From an uncultured Anaerolineales bacterium (lineage in GTDB: Bacteria > Chloroflexota > Anaerolineae > UBA1429), in assembly GCA_964567975.1 (NCBI GenBank), contig CAZMOW010000005.1:1-61819 (forward strand): a stretch of 61,819 bases of DNA, in the 5' to 3' direction. Under the pieces are notes generated by a model. That model worked only from the letters and a program-made list of their open reading frames with translations, was not told the DNA's origin and searched no databases. The position numbers were made by a program, and so were the translations under genes. Below are positions 27,602-37,052 of the stretch, one piece after another (position 1 is the stretch's first letter; the number at the start of each line of letters is the position of its first letter).

Positions 27602-28939
27602 CTACGGCGACTGGAAGGCGGCGCGTAGTTCGTCGTGTTTTTTCTGCAGTTCTGGGGCAGCGTCCAGATCGTCGACGATGATCCGCTCGATGGTTGCCAG
27701 CAGCTCGCCGCCTATCCTTTCCAGCGCCCCAAGATTCTCGGCAGGTAGCATGAGAACGTTGTCGGAAAAAGTCCTGGCCACGTCAGCCACCTCTTTCCTC
27801 ACCTGCTGTTCATAGTCTTTGGCGTCCACCAGACTCTTTCGTGGAGGCAGTTTCTGCCCTGAGGCCTCCGGATAGTCTGAGAGAAAGCGTAGTAGCTTGA
27901 GGGCTTCTGCAGGATGCTGGCACTGTTTGCTGATGTAATATCCCTCGATGTCCCCCAGTCCAAAAGGCGCGCGATCCCTTGGCAAAGGGCGCATGATCCA
28001 CTCGGTGATCCATTCAAAGGGCGTATCCTGACCGCCACGGCTACTGTACCAGCCCAACCATACACCGCAGGCGCCCCTGACGGCGGCCTCATGGAGGCCG
28101 CCCTGGTGGAATGTCGTGCGGATCATCTCGGGGGCTGGCGCTACCTGGTAGACGTTGTAGAGGTCGGCATACCATTGCACGGCCTCGATGGTATAGGGAT
28201 CGTCCAGGGTCACCTTGGAGGGGGAGTTCAGGTCGTCCACGATCTTGCCCCCGTGCAGGTAGATAAAGACGACGGGATCCATACTTTGGGGCGTGGTGCA
28301 GTAGCCAAAGCCTCCAGCGTCCGTCGTTTGGGACAGTCCTTGGGGATAGTTCATCTCGGCAGTGAGTTCCAAGAAGTCTGAAAGTGTCCATGCCTCGGTG
28401 GGGATTTCCACGTTCAGGGCTCTGGCCTGTTCCACGTTGATATAGACCACCACCATGTCCAGCCCGGCGGGGATTCCCCACTGCTGACCCTGTATCTGCA
28501 GCCCCTCCCATGCTCCTTTGTAGTAGTCCTTGCGAATGCCTGCCCATTCCCCAAGTTGAATATCGTCCAGGGGTTTGAGAAGTCCCCCTTGCGCATAAGC
28601 GAGGGCCTGTTGTCCCTCGATAAAAATATCCAATTCTCCCGTTCGTATCAGTAGATCTATCTCGTTGCCAAAACGTTCTACTTTGCGCACCTCGACGGTT
28701 ATCCACGGGTACTGTTCGTGGAAGGCGGCGAGCAGGGGTTGTAGTTGTCGCGTATGCTCTCGATAAGCCATGCGGAGCGTCACGGGCTCGGGCGTGGGGG
28801 CCATGGCCATCTGCGGTGCACAGCCCCCTGCGAGGAGTAGAAAGGGCAAGGAGACCATGCTCAGCAGGATATGGCGGAGCATTCTCTTTATGGGCTGCGA
28901 GCGAGTATCTCTTTCCATGAGACTGCTGTCCTCTGACAC
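27602..28939 (-). CDS. ABC-type extracellular solute-binding lipoprotein (family 1, sugar-type), orphan
   Basis: Signal peptide plus lipobox (SLPFLLLAGGC) and SBP_bac_1-like length and composition. Start uncertain (GTG 28939, ATG 28918 or ATG 28882). No permease or ATPase genes are adjacent. Confidence 0.7.
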   Translation of the reverse strand: MSEDSSLMERDTRSQPIKRMLRHILLSMVSLPFLLLAGGCAPQMAMAPTPEPVTLRMAYREHTRQLQPLLAAFHEQYPWITVEVRKVERFGNEIDLLIRTGELDIFIEGQQALAYAQGGLLKPLDDIQLGEWAGIRKDYYKGAWEGLQIQGQQWGIPAGLDMVVVYINVEQARALNVEIPTEAWTLSDFLELTAEMNYPQGLSQTTDAGGFGYCTTPQSMDPVVFIYLHGGKIVDDLNSPSKVTLDDPYTIEAVQWYADLYNVYQVAPAPEMIRTTFHQGGLHEAAVRGACGVWLGWYSSRGGQDTPFEWITEWIMRPLPRDRAPFGLGDIEGYYISKQCQHPAEALKLLRFLSDYPEASGQKLPPRKSLVDAKDYEQQVRKEVADVARTFSDNVLMLPAENLGALERIGGELLATIERIIVDDLDAAPELQKKHDELRAAFQSP

Positions 28940-28972
28940 TCCCTAATAGCGTATCGGATCCCCATCTTCCTC

Positions 28973-29062
28973 ATCATAGTTCCGTTCAAGAGGCATGTCA
29001 ACCGGGCAAGGGGGAAAATGAACCTTTGCACGGTTGACATGCCCTTGTGTTCGCGCTATGCT
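28973..29062. promoter_or_regulatory. symmetric divergent promoter pair built on a perfect 13-bp inverted repeat
   Basis: GGCATGTCAACCG (28992-29004) and CGGTTGACATGCC (29031-29043) are exact reverse complements. Each arm carries TTGACA, followed after 17 nt by a -10-like hexamer: TATGCT at 29057-29062 on +, and TATGAT on the minus strand (= 28973-28978). Confidence 0.55.
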
Positions 29063-29112
29063 AATGCTCGTTAATGGTGTTGATCTTTTTGCATATGTCG
29101 AAAGGGAGAGAA

Positions 29113-30270
29113 ATGGCGAACAAGCCGACGATCACGAGCATCGAGATTACGGAATTCGAGTACACCCTACATGAGCTGGGGACGGATTATAACGGGTTCA
29201 ACCTCGTCTACGAGCCGGGGAGCACCATCACCCGCCAAAGCGCTGTTTTGCAGATTCACACCGACATGGGCATCACGGGCGAGTACGTTACGGGCATGGG
29301 GCAGCTATCCACGCTCCCCGGGTTGGCCCAGTATCTGATCGGCAAGAATCCTTTGGAGCGGGAGCGCATCTATCAGGAAGTCAAGCGGGCCATGCGGCAG
29401 ATGGCGCGCATCGGCGTGGCGGTTGTCGACGTGTGTCTGTGGGACATCGCCGGCAAGTACTATGAGGCACCCATCTGGGAGCTGTTGGGTGGCCACATTC
29501 GCCCCCTCAAGTGCTACGCCAGCACGACTCACGGCGATCATAATGGAGGGCTGGATTCTCCCGAGGCCTATGCGGATTTTGCCGAGCGGTGTCTGGATAT
29601 AGGTTATCCGGCTTTCAAGATTCACGGCTGGGGGCAGTCCCTCGTCGATCTGGAGATCGCCAATATCCATGCCGTAGGCCAGCGAGTGGGAGATGAGATG
29701 GACCTTATGCTGGATCCCGCTTGCGAACTGGATACCTTTGGAGACACGATTAAGGTGGGCAGGGCCTGTGACGAGGAGAGGTTCTACTGGCTTGAGGATC
29801 CCTACAAGGATGGCGGCATCTCCCAGTTCGCTCATCGCAAGCTGCGCCAACTCATCAGCACGCCCCTCCTGCAGACGGAGCACGTGCGTACTCTGGAGCC
29901 TCACGTGGATTTTGCTCTGGCCGATGCCACCGATTTTCTGCGGGGCGATGTGGGCTATGATGGCATCACCGGCGTGATGAAGTTGGCTCACGCGGCCGAG
30001 GGATTGGGGATCGACGTGGAGATGCACGGTCCGGGGCCGGCTCAGAGACACGTCATGACCAGCATCCGTAATAGCAACTATTATGAGATGGGGCTGGTCA
30101 ATCCAGGAAGCCCCGGGACGGCGTCGCCCGTCTATGTGGACTATCAGGATGGTCTCGAGGCCATCGATGAGGGGGGATGCGTCTATGCGCCAAAGGGACC
30201 CGGGCTGGGCGTGGAACTGAATTGGGATTACATCGAATCCCATCGCGTCGACGGCGCCAAGTTCGACTAG
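29113..30270 (+). CDS. enolase-superfamily enzyme (mandelate racemase / muconate lactonizing enzyme family; probable acid-sugar dehydratase)
   Basis: MR_MLE-type layout with metal-ligand-like segments (LMLDPA, WLEDP, TEH). ATG 29113 has an AAGGGAGAG RBS and is preferred over the track start at 29074. Confidence 0.7.
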   Translation: MANKPTITSIEITEFEYTLHELGTDYNGFNLVYEPGSTITRQSAVLQIHTDMGITGEYVTGMGQLSTLPGLAQYLIGKNPLERERIYQEVKRAMRQMARIGVAVVDVCLWDIAGKYYEAPIWELLGGHIRPLKCYASTTHGDHNGGLDSPEAYADFAERCLDIGYPAFKIHGWGQSLVDLEIANIHAVGQRVGDEMDLMLDPACELDTFGDTIKVGRACDEERFYWLEDPYKDGGISQFAHRKLRQLISTPLLQTEHVRTLEPHVDFALADATDFLRGDVGYDGITGVMKLAHAAEGLGIDVEMHGPGPAQRHVMTSIRNSNYYEMGLVNPGSPGTASPVYVDYQDGLEAIDEGGCVYAPKGPGLGVELNWDYIESHRVDGAKFD

Positions 30271-30436
30271 CGTGACACCGTAACGTGAGATAAAGGGGCT
30301 TCCAAAGCCTGCTCCGTTGGGCTGCTTGTTCGAAACGGCTGTTGCAATTGGGAGCAGGGAGGTCATTGAGGCAGCAGAGAATTTGGAAGCCGTGTTCCTT
30401 GTAGAATTCCCGTTTCTTTGTTTATCAGGAGGTAAT

Positions 30437-31435
30437 ATGGAAAAGAGAACACTGGGCGATTCTGATCTCGAGGTAAGCGTCTTTGGGTTGGGCTGTTGGC
30501 CCCTGGGAGGAGGCTCCGGTTGGGGCGAACACGATACAAGAGAGTCAATCGCCACGGTCCACGCGGCTCTCGATCACGGCATGACATTGTTCGATACCGC
30601 CGAGGCCTATAACGCCGGGCGCAGTGAGGAGATATTGGGCAAGGCGCTGGAGGACCGGCGGGATGAGGCGTTCATCGCCACCAAGATATCGCCCTCTAAC
30701 GCGGAACCCGAGACGCTGCGCGCCCATTGCGAGGCCAGTCTGAAGCGCCTGCGCACCGACTATATCGATCTCTATCAGGTACACTGGCCCATCACTGACT
30801 GTTCGGTGGAGGACGCCTTTGCCACTCTGCAGCATTTGCAGGAGGAGGGCAAGGTGCGGGCCATCGGTGTCAGCAATCATGGGGTGCGGCAACTCGGCGA
30901 GGTGTTTGACACGGGGGTGCACATCGTCAGCAATCAGCTATCCTACAGCCTGCTGAGCCGGGCCATCGAGACGGAGATCCTACCCCTGTGTCGGAAAGAG
31001 GGTGTCGGGATCATCGCTTACATGGCCCTCATGCAGGGATTGCTGGCGGGAGTCTGGGAGTCGCCAGACAAAGTGCCCCCCTTTCGGGCGCGCACGCGCC
31101 ACTTTGGCGGGGACCGCCCACAAGCGCGGCACGGCGAGGAGGGTGCCGAGGAAGAGATGTTTGCGGCGCTGGAAAGGATCGCAGAGATCGCCGATGATTT
31201 AGGGCTTGCCATGGCTCACGTCTCTCTGGCCTGGGTCGCCGCGAAACCTGGCGTATCCTGTGTGCTCATCGGAGGTCGTAAGGTACACCAGTTGGAGCGC
31301 AACCTGGCGGCCGCCGAGGTGGAACTTTCCTCCGACGTGATCGTCGCCTTGGACGAGGCCACGGAGGAACTGCGGCTGAAACTGGGCCCCAATGCCGACT
31401 ATTTCCAGGGTGGCGGGAGGGGCAGGATCGAATAG
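30437..31435 (+). CDS. aldo/keto reductase
   Basis: LGDSDLEVSVFGLGCW, DTAEAYNAG, YIDLYQVHWP, IGVSN. ATG 30437 has an AGGAGG RBS; the track ORF starts further upstream. Confidence 0.85.
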   Translation: MEKRTLGDSDLEVSVFGLGCWPLGGGSGWGEHDTRESIATVHAALDHGMTLFDTAEAYNAGRSEEILGKALEDRRDEAFIATKISPSNAEPETLRAHCEASLKRLRTDYIDLYQVHWPITDCSVEDAFATLQHLQEEGKVRAIGVSNHGVRQLGEVFDTGVHIVSNQLSYSLLSRAIETEILPLCRKEGVGIIAYMALMQGLLAGVWESPDKVPPFRARTRHFGGDRPQARHGEEGAEEEMFAALERIAEIADDLGLAMAHVSLAWVAAKPGVSCVLIGGRKVHQLERNLAAAEVELSSDVIVALDEATEELRLKLGPNADYFQGGGRGRIE

Positions 31436-31454
31436 TAATCGTTTTGCGTGTAGC

Positions 31455-31493
31455 ATCCTGAGCCCAGGGGCTTTTCTGGGTTCAGGATTTTTG
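31455..31493 (+). terminator. rho-independent terminator candidate after the aldo/keto reductase gene
   Basis: ATCCTGAGCCCAG (31455-31467) pairs with CTGGGTTCAGGAT (31476-31488), giving a 13-bp stem with one G-U pair, followed by a T run. Confidence 0.65.
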
Positions 31494-31565
31494 TCCGAAA
31501 GTATGGCTTTTTCATTTTTAGATCGATAACGTATCTTGGCGATCGAAAGGTTATCACATCAACAT

Positions 31566-33110
31566 ATGAGCATACTCCTTGCGGCTTTTCCTCTTCTCGT
31601 TATCCTGGTTCTTATGATAGGATTGAAATGGGGAGGAGTACAGGCCGGTGCCGTTGGATGGCTTTTTTCCCTTCTCATCGCTTTTTTATGGTTCGACGCC
31701 GGCCCCTCCGTTCTCTTTTGGGCGCAGGTGCGGGGCGCCTTTCGGGCCGGTTATGTTCTCTATATCATATGGGGTGCTCTCTTTTTCTTCCGCGTCACCG
31801 AGGCGGACGGAACGTTGAATCGGGTTAGGCAAATCCTTCAGAGGATTGCCCCCGATCCCGTCCTTCAGGTGCTGCTGATGGCCTGGGGTTTCACCTCGTT
31901 TCTTCAGGGGGTCGGAGGATTCGGTGTGCCGCTGGCCGTGGTCGCGCCGATTTTGGTCGCCATGGGGTTTTCTCCCCTGGATGCCGTTGTGATGCCCTCC
32001 CTCGGTTATAGCTGGTCCATCTCTTTTGGATCCCTCGGTGCGTCTTACGAGGCGTTGATATCCACGACCGGCATCGACGGCTCTCTGGTGGCTCCCTGGA
32101 TGGCGGTCATGCTGGGAGTACCCTGTCTGCTGGGGGGTGGAGGTGTCCTTGGTATCGCTAGTAAGCGTGAGACCCGTCGACCTTTCATCGTCTCTTTACT
32201 GACGACGCTGACGATGGCCATGGCCATGATCGCCGTGCAATATGCGGCCGTTCGCGTAGGGCTTCCGAACATTGGTGCCATGCTGGGTGCGCTGGGCGGG
32301 CTGATTGTCGGAAGTGTGTGGGCCATCTTTCGACGGCTACGCCTTCCGTCGGACGCCAGAGCCAAAATCTCGCTGAAGAGAGCCTTTTCCTCCATGTTGC
32401 CCTATGTGCTTCTGATCGCCATCATCGTGACAGTTAACTTTTTGCCATTCCTTCGCGAGCCGCTCAATCGACTGACGCTGGGAGTCCGTACTCCCCCTCT
32501 GAGCCTGCGCGATGGTGCTCGGATCCCGGCGAACCGGACGAAAGCCATCTCCGTCTTTGGACATCCCGGCGCCCAGCTTGTTTATACGGCGCTCATCACC
32601 CTGGTCCTTGCCAAACTCAAAGGGAACCTTCCGCCCGGCAGTGGAGAGCAGATTCGCAAGGGCGTATTGCAGAGCGGCGTGAAATCCTCCCTCGGCATCC
32701 TGGCGATGATGGCAATGGCCACCACGATGCAGGTCACGGGCATGGTCAGCGAGCTGGCAACGGCCATGGCCGCGCTGGCGGGACAGTACTTTCCCCTCAT
32801 CTCCCCCTTTATCGGGGCTTTGGGCGCCTTCATGACGGGCAGCAACACGAATTCTAACGTGCTGTTCAGCGCTTTCCAACTCCAGGTTAGCGAGGCTCTG
32901 TACCTCCCCATCCCGTTGATTTTGGCCCTACACAACGCTGGTGCTGCGGTTGGATCGGTCTTTGCCCCTGCCAAGATCATCGTGGGATGCAGTACGGTGG
33001 GGTTGAGTGGCAAAGAGAGCGGGGTGTTATCCCGTACTGCACGCTATGGCTTGATCGTTCTCATAGCCCTTGCAGCCCTTGGTTTTCTCATCGTCAGGGC
33101 TTGGGGTTAG
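31566..33110 (+). CDS. lctP: L-lactate/glycolate permease (LctP) family transporter
   Basis: About 514 aa, polytopic, with LctP-like segments (GFGVPLAVVAPILVAMGF, GAFMTGSNTNSNVLF). ATG 31566 is preferred over the non-ATG 31536. Confidence 0.7.
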   Translation: MSILLAAFPLLVILVLMIGLKWGGVQAGAVGWLFSLLIAFLWFDAGPSVLFWAQVRGAFRAGYVLYIIWGALFFFRVTEADGTLNRVRQILQRIAPDPVLQVLLMAWGFTSFLQGVGGFGVPLAVVAPILVAMGFSPLDAVVMPSLGYSWSISFGSLGASYEALISTTGIDGSLVAPWMAVMLGVPCLLGGGGVLGIASKRETRRPFIVSLLTTLTMAMAMIAVQYAAVRVGLPNIGAMLGALGGLIVGSVWAIFRRLRLPSDARAKISLKRAFSSMLPYVLLIAIIVTVNFLPFLREPLNRLTLGVRTPPLSLRDGARIPANRTKAISVFGHPGAQLVYTALITLVLAKLKGNLPPGSGEQIRKGVLQSGVKSSLGILAMMAMATTMQVTGMVSELATAMAALAGQYFPLISPFIGALGAFMTGSNTNSNVLFSAFQLQVSEALYLPIPLILALHNAGAAVGSVFAPAKIIVGCSTVGLSGKESGVLSRTARYGLIVLIALAALGFLIVRAWG

Positions 33111-33186
33111 ATCTTTCAAGAACGGTCCGCTCGTCCTTATTGATTAGAGAGCATACAGAGTATATATAGATTGTTCTCAAGATACG

Positions 33187-33930
33187 TCACTGTATCAGAT
33201 CCTCCAGCCGATATCTCGTGAGCCTCCAGGCGGCCCAGTATAGAGCAAGGGCAAAGAGTGCACTGACGCCCAGATCGAGCACCAGAGGATAGTGGGCCTC
33301 TCCTTTGGCTATCAGGAGATACCGCAAGGCATCCACCATATAGGTCAGGGGGAGAAAGCTGGCCACGACGCGCAGGATAGCGGGCATCCCGGCGAGGGGC
33401 ACAAAGACGCCACATAAAAAGACCATGGGGAAGCGAAAATAGTTGGACACGGTCATGGCGTCGAACACCTCACGCATCAAGAGGCTGATCACCACGCCAA
33501 GCAGAGAAAATGTCACGCTTCCCAAAAGGATGGTGACGAGGATGCCCAACCAGGCAAAGTGCAGGCCCCAGGCCACGCTGCCGACCAGCCATACCAGGCA
33601 ACCGGTGGTCAGCCCGAACAGCGCGCCGCTGGCCATCTTGCCCATAACCAGGGTGGCGGGGGCTATGGGGGCCATCAGCAGGCGCTCCATGGCTCCGATG
33701 CGTTTCTCAAAGGCGATGACCACCGCCTCCATGGATGTGGTGCCAAAGAGGACGGTTATGCCGATTAACCCGGGGAACACGGAACGAATATCCCCTGGGT
33801 TTCGAATATAAAAGGCCAGGATCATCACCAGGGGAAATAAGATGCCCCAACTGATGATGGGCGATTTGAGATAATAGGTGCGCATGTCCTTGCGCGTGAT
33901 ATACCAGGCGCGTTTCAGCTGTACCTTCAC
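33187..33930 (-). CDS. ABC-2 type exporter permease (DrrB-like)
   Basis: 247 aa with six TM-like segments. 4-nt overlap with the upstream ATPase gene. Confidence 0.75.
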   Translation of the reverse strand: MKVQLKRAWYITRKDMRTYYLKSPIISWGILFPLVMILAFYIRNPGDIRSVFPGLIGITVLFGTTSMEAVVIAFEKRIGAMERLLMAPIAPATLVMGKMASGALFGLTTGCLVWLVGSVAWGLHFAWLGILVTILLGSVTFSLLGVVISLLMREVFDAMTVSNYFRFPMVFLCGVFVPLAGMPAILRVVASFLPLTYMVDALRYLLIAKGEAHYPLVLDLGVSALFALALYWAAWRLTRYRLEDLIQ

Positions 33931-34910
33931 CGTTTGCTACCTCCTTGGCCGTTGGGGGCCTTTTGTTGTTCCAGTGTCTCCACGTCCATGCCGGTCAATT
34001 TCACAAAGGCGTCCTCCAGGGATACATTTACCGATCGAATCTCCTCGATGGGGGCCTGATGCTGGCGCATGATGGCGCATATCTCGCTCAGTCCGTCGTC
34101 CAGAGAATTTGCGCCGAGGCGCAGGCGGTTCTTTCTCGCAGAGACGGTGCTGATCTTGTCGGATGCTTCCAGGGCGCGACGGAGAGCTTTAGTGGGCGAG
34201 GGGGTCACCACCTCCACACGAAGGTCGTCATTCTGGTACCGTCTTCGCAGGGCGGAAGGGGTATCCACAGTAACCAGTTTCCCATCCACGATGATGCCCA
34301 CGCGGTCGCACAGGCGCTCTGCCTCGGCGATTAGGTGGGTGGTGAGAAAGATGGTCACCCCTTCGGCGCGGAACTCGTGGATCATGGTGCGCAGGTCTCT
34401 GGCGCTTTGCACGTCCAGGCCGGTGGTCGGCTCGTCCAAAAAGAGTATGGTGGGATGGTGCACCAGGGCCGCGGCTATGGTGAGGCGGCGTTTCATGCCC
34501 CTGGAGAGGGCCCCAAAGGGAGAGTCGGCCCGCTCGGATAGCTTCACCCGCTGCAAGAGTTCGTCTGCTCGCGGACGCCACTGGCTGCGTGGCAGGCCGT
34601 AGAGTTGGGCCATAAAGATAAGATTATCCCGCGCGCAGAGTTCGCCGTACAGGTTGGAACGCTCGGGGACGACCCCCACCCGTGCCTTCACCTCCAGGGG
34701 CTGGTTTTGTATATTCAGGCCATCGACGAGGGCCGTGCCCTCTGTGGGCTGGATCAGGCCCGTCAGCATGCGGATGGTCGTCGTCTTGCCCGCCCCATTG
34801 GGCCCCAGAAAGGCGAACAGTTCTCCCGAGTCTACCGTCAGGTTCAGGTCGTCGACGGCGCACAGGCCGTTATAGTGACGCGTCAGTCCGTCAGTTTCTA
34901 TGGATGCCAT
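33927..34910 (-). CDS. ABC transporter ATP-binding protein (DrrA-like)
   Basis: Walker A GPNGAGKTT, signature LSRGMKRRL, Walker B ILFLDEPTTGLD. Confidence 0.9.
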   Translation of the reverse strand: MASIETDGLTRHYNGLCAVDDLNLTVDSGELFAFLGPNGAGKTTTIRMLTGLIQPTEGTALVDGLNIQNQPLEVKARVGVVPERSNLYGELCARDNLIFMAQLYGLPRSQWRPRADELLQRVKLSERADSPFGALSRGMKRRLTIAAALVHHPTILFLDEPTTGLDVQSARDLRTMIHEFRAEGVTIFLTTHLIAEAERLCDRVGIIVDGKLVTVDTPSALRRRYQNDDLRVEVVTPSPTKALRRALEASDKISTVSARKNRLRLGANSLDDGLSEICAIMRQHQAPIEEIRSVNVSLEDAFVKLTGMDVETLEQQKAPNGQGGSKR

Positions 34911-34920
34911 TCTCGTTTAT

Positions 34921-36066
34921 CTATACCTCCTGTAGATTTCCTTCGATCGTGCCCCGGCGGATAAGCCAGCGCACCGTATAGGCAGCGGCCAGGCCCACGA
35001 TAAAGCCGACGGCCATGTTAAGGGCTACCGATATGGCGGCCGTGAGCAGGGCCAGGTAGAGGGGCCATCTTCGCAGTTCGGTGGCGACTTTTGCCAGGCG
35101 AATGCCCACCATGAACATCATGCCACCGATCAGGGGCATGGGAAAGGCGGTGAGGATGGCCAGCAGGGCCCGCCCCAAAAAGATCCCCAGGGTGATCTCG
35201 ATCAGCCCCTCCAGAATACTCGCGCCGCCGGTACGCGCGCCAAAATAGTATTGGCCGGCCAAGCCGTGCGCTCCATGGCACATGGGCATGCCGCCAAAGA
35301 GGGAGGAGACCACGTTCATCACCCCCATGTTAAACAGCAATTTCCTCTCGGTTACAGGCTTTTCGGGAAAGAGGTCGCGGATCAGAGTGGCCGTGGCCAG
35401 TACCGCGTTGGTTATGGATAGGGGAATCTGGGCGAATCCCCCTCGCACCATGGCCTGCCATATGTCTGACCACTTGGGCACGGAGAACCTGGGCAATCCT
35501 ATGCCAAAGTCGAGTCCCTGAGACAGTTCCCCCCTGATTAGCATGATGACGATGCCCAGGCCCATGATCACCACCGCCGCGGGAGCGTAGCGGTTCTCCC
35601 GCAGCAACAGGATAATGACTATGGCCAGGGCACCCAGCCACAGTTCGGGGAGCATCATCTCCACGGCGCTCATTCCCAGACTGATCCCCAGCGCCAACTG
35701 GATGCCGCGTATGAGGTAGGTGGGGATCTTTTCCACGAGTTCGCTCACCAGCCCCGTCAGCACCAGAAAAAGCCAGAGAAGCCCCAGACCCAATGCGGAA
35801 GCGGTGACCATGGCGGCCGGCCACCCCTCGGCGATGGCCGTGACCGCGATGACCTTTTTGGGTTCCAGGGGCATGGGCAGGCGATACACGACTCCCAGGA
35901 GGATGTTGGCCAGCCCCATCATCACAAACATGGCGGTGGGATCCAGGCGAGAGACGGCGATGAGTCCCACGGCAAGGGGAAAGAGGGTGCCGAAATCGCC
36001 CATGGATCCGCCCAGCTCGCGCATATTGAATTCGAAATCCGGGTATTGTGCCGTATCGCGCTCCAT
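34921..36066 (-). CDS. MOT1-like / SulP-related putative molybdate or sulfate transporter
   Basis: N-terminal ELGGSMGDFGTLFPLAVGLI resembles the E.sG..GDlGT motif of MOT1-type transporters (recalled). 381 aa, polytopic. Confidence 0.5.
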   Translation of the reverse strand: MERDTAQYPDFEFNMRELGGSMGDFGTLFPLAVGLIAVSRLDPTAMFVMMGLANILLGVVYRLPMPLEPKKVIAVTAIAEGWPAAMVTASALGLGLLWLFLVLTGLVSELVEKIPTYLIRGIQLALGISLGMSAVEMMLPELWLGALAIVIILLLRENRYAPAAVVIMGLGIVIMLIRGELSQGLDFGIGLPRFSVPKWSDIWQAMVRGGFAQIPLSITNAVLATATLIRDLFPEKPVTERKLLFNMGVMNVVSSLFGGMPMCHGAHGLAGQYYFGARTGGASILEGLIEITLGIFLGRALLAILTAFPMPLIGGMMFMVGIRLAKVATELRRWPLYLALLTAAISVALNMAVGFIVGLAAAYTVRWLIRRGTIEGNLQEV

Positions 36067-36097
36067 AAGAGAGCTTCTCCTTTGTACTATTTCACTT

Positions 36098-36859
36098 CTA
36101 TCCGTTTTCTTTTTGCAGCAGCCAGGTGGCGATGCCTAAAAAGATAACGCCGTAAATTAACTGTATTCCCAGAGCGATCACAAAACTTCCCGCATTTGCC
36201 GGGCCATTCATGGCCCGGCGCAGGGCGTTCACCGCGTATGTGAGAGGTGACAGCAGGGCTACATTTCGCACCAACGCCGACGCGGCTTCAAGGGGGGCAA
36301 AGGCCCCGGACAGGAAAACCATGATAATGCGTATGACAGTCGCCGGAGGCATGGCCTGTGGGACATCTCGAAAGGGGGCCGCCAGGCAAAGCCCGAAGCC
36401 GGAGAAACAAAAAGAGGAAAACAGAGCGGCGATGGAGAACAGGATCAGGTTTGGTTGTAAAGGCAGGAGCAACAGTACGACCGCCATATAGGTCACAGCC
36501 AGAACGAGGCCAAATACAACACCGGCCAACGCCTTTCCCACCACGATCATTAGCGGGGTGACGGGCGTTGCCAGCATGGTGTGCAACGTCCCTGTCCTTC
36601 TCTCCAGGGGCAGAGATACGGCCTGGATGGCTCCGGCACCGAAAAAGATGGCGATGGCTATCAGTCCCGGGATGATCCTGATGAGTTCCACCTCCCTGTT
36701 GAGAGAGAAAGCCCAGTAGAGGACCAGCGGCAGAAAGAGCCCAAAGGTCAGGTTAGGCCCCTTGAAAAAGTATATTCTGGCATCCTTTTCTCCTATCCAG
36801 AGAACTTTTTTTAATCCCCCGAGCCACCTCTTACTCATTATTTCCTCTCTTGCCTTCAC
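36098..36859 (-). CDS. ABC-2 type exporter permease (DrrB-like)
   Basis: 253 aa, polytopic. The C-terminal ABC-2 signature-like region LSGAFAPLEAASALVRNVALLSPLTYAVNALR is present. Start is GTG 36859 or a downstream ATG. Confidence 0.75.
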   Translation of the reverse strand: MKAREEIMSKRWLGGLKKVLWIGEKDARIYFFKGPNLTFGLFLPLVLYWAFSLNREVELIRIIPGLIAIAIFFGAGAIQAVSLPLERRTGTLHTMLATPVTPLMIVVGKALAGVVFGLVLAVTYMAVVLLLLPLQPNLILFSIAALFSSFCFSGFGLCLAAPFRDVPQAMPPATVIRIIMVFLSGAFAPLEAASALVRNVALLSPLTYAVNALRRAMNGPANAGSFVIALGIQLIYGVIFLGIATWLLQKENG

Positions 36860-36906
36860 TCCAGATGCTCCTCGACGGCCATAGCCTCAGGCGGCAGTCC
36901 TAAGCG
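36856..36906 (-). pseudogene. vestigial 3-prime end of a DrrA-like ATPase gene
   Basis: The minus-strand frame reads RLGLPPEAMAVEEHLE-stop. The intact ATPase at 37884-38846 ends LTGLPPETMTVEERLE-stop. The vestigial TGA (36856-36858) overlaps the permease GTG (36857-36859) as GTGA. Confidence 0.6.
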
Positions 36907-37052
36907 CTCGTTCCCAAGCAGATGCCGATAGCCGTCTCTCCATCTTCTATCAGCCTACCCTTGCTAATCCCCTCAAATTGAGAGACATGCCTCGCAAGCG
37001 AGGCACCGAAACATTTTGGCCACGAGAGAACTGACCCCACCTTCCCTTTGCG

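Noticed and set aside
29305-30555. 416-aa minus-strand ORF antisense to the enolase-superfamily and aldo/keto reductase genes
   Set aside because: It spans two well-supported plus-strand genes and the gap between them. It has no motifs and a shadow-ORF composition.
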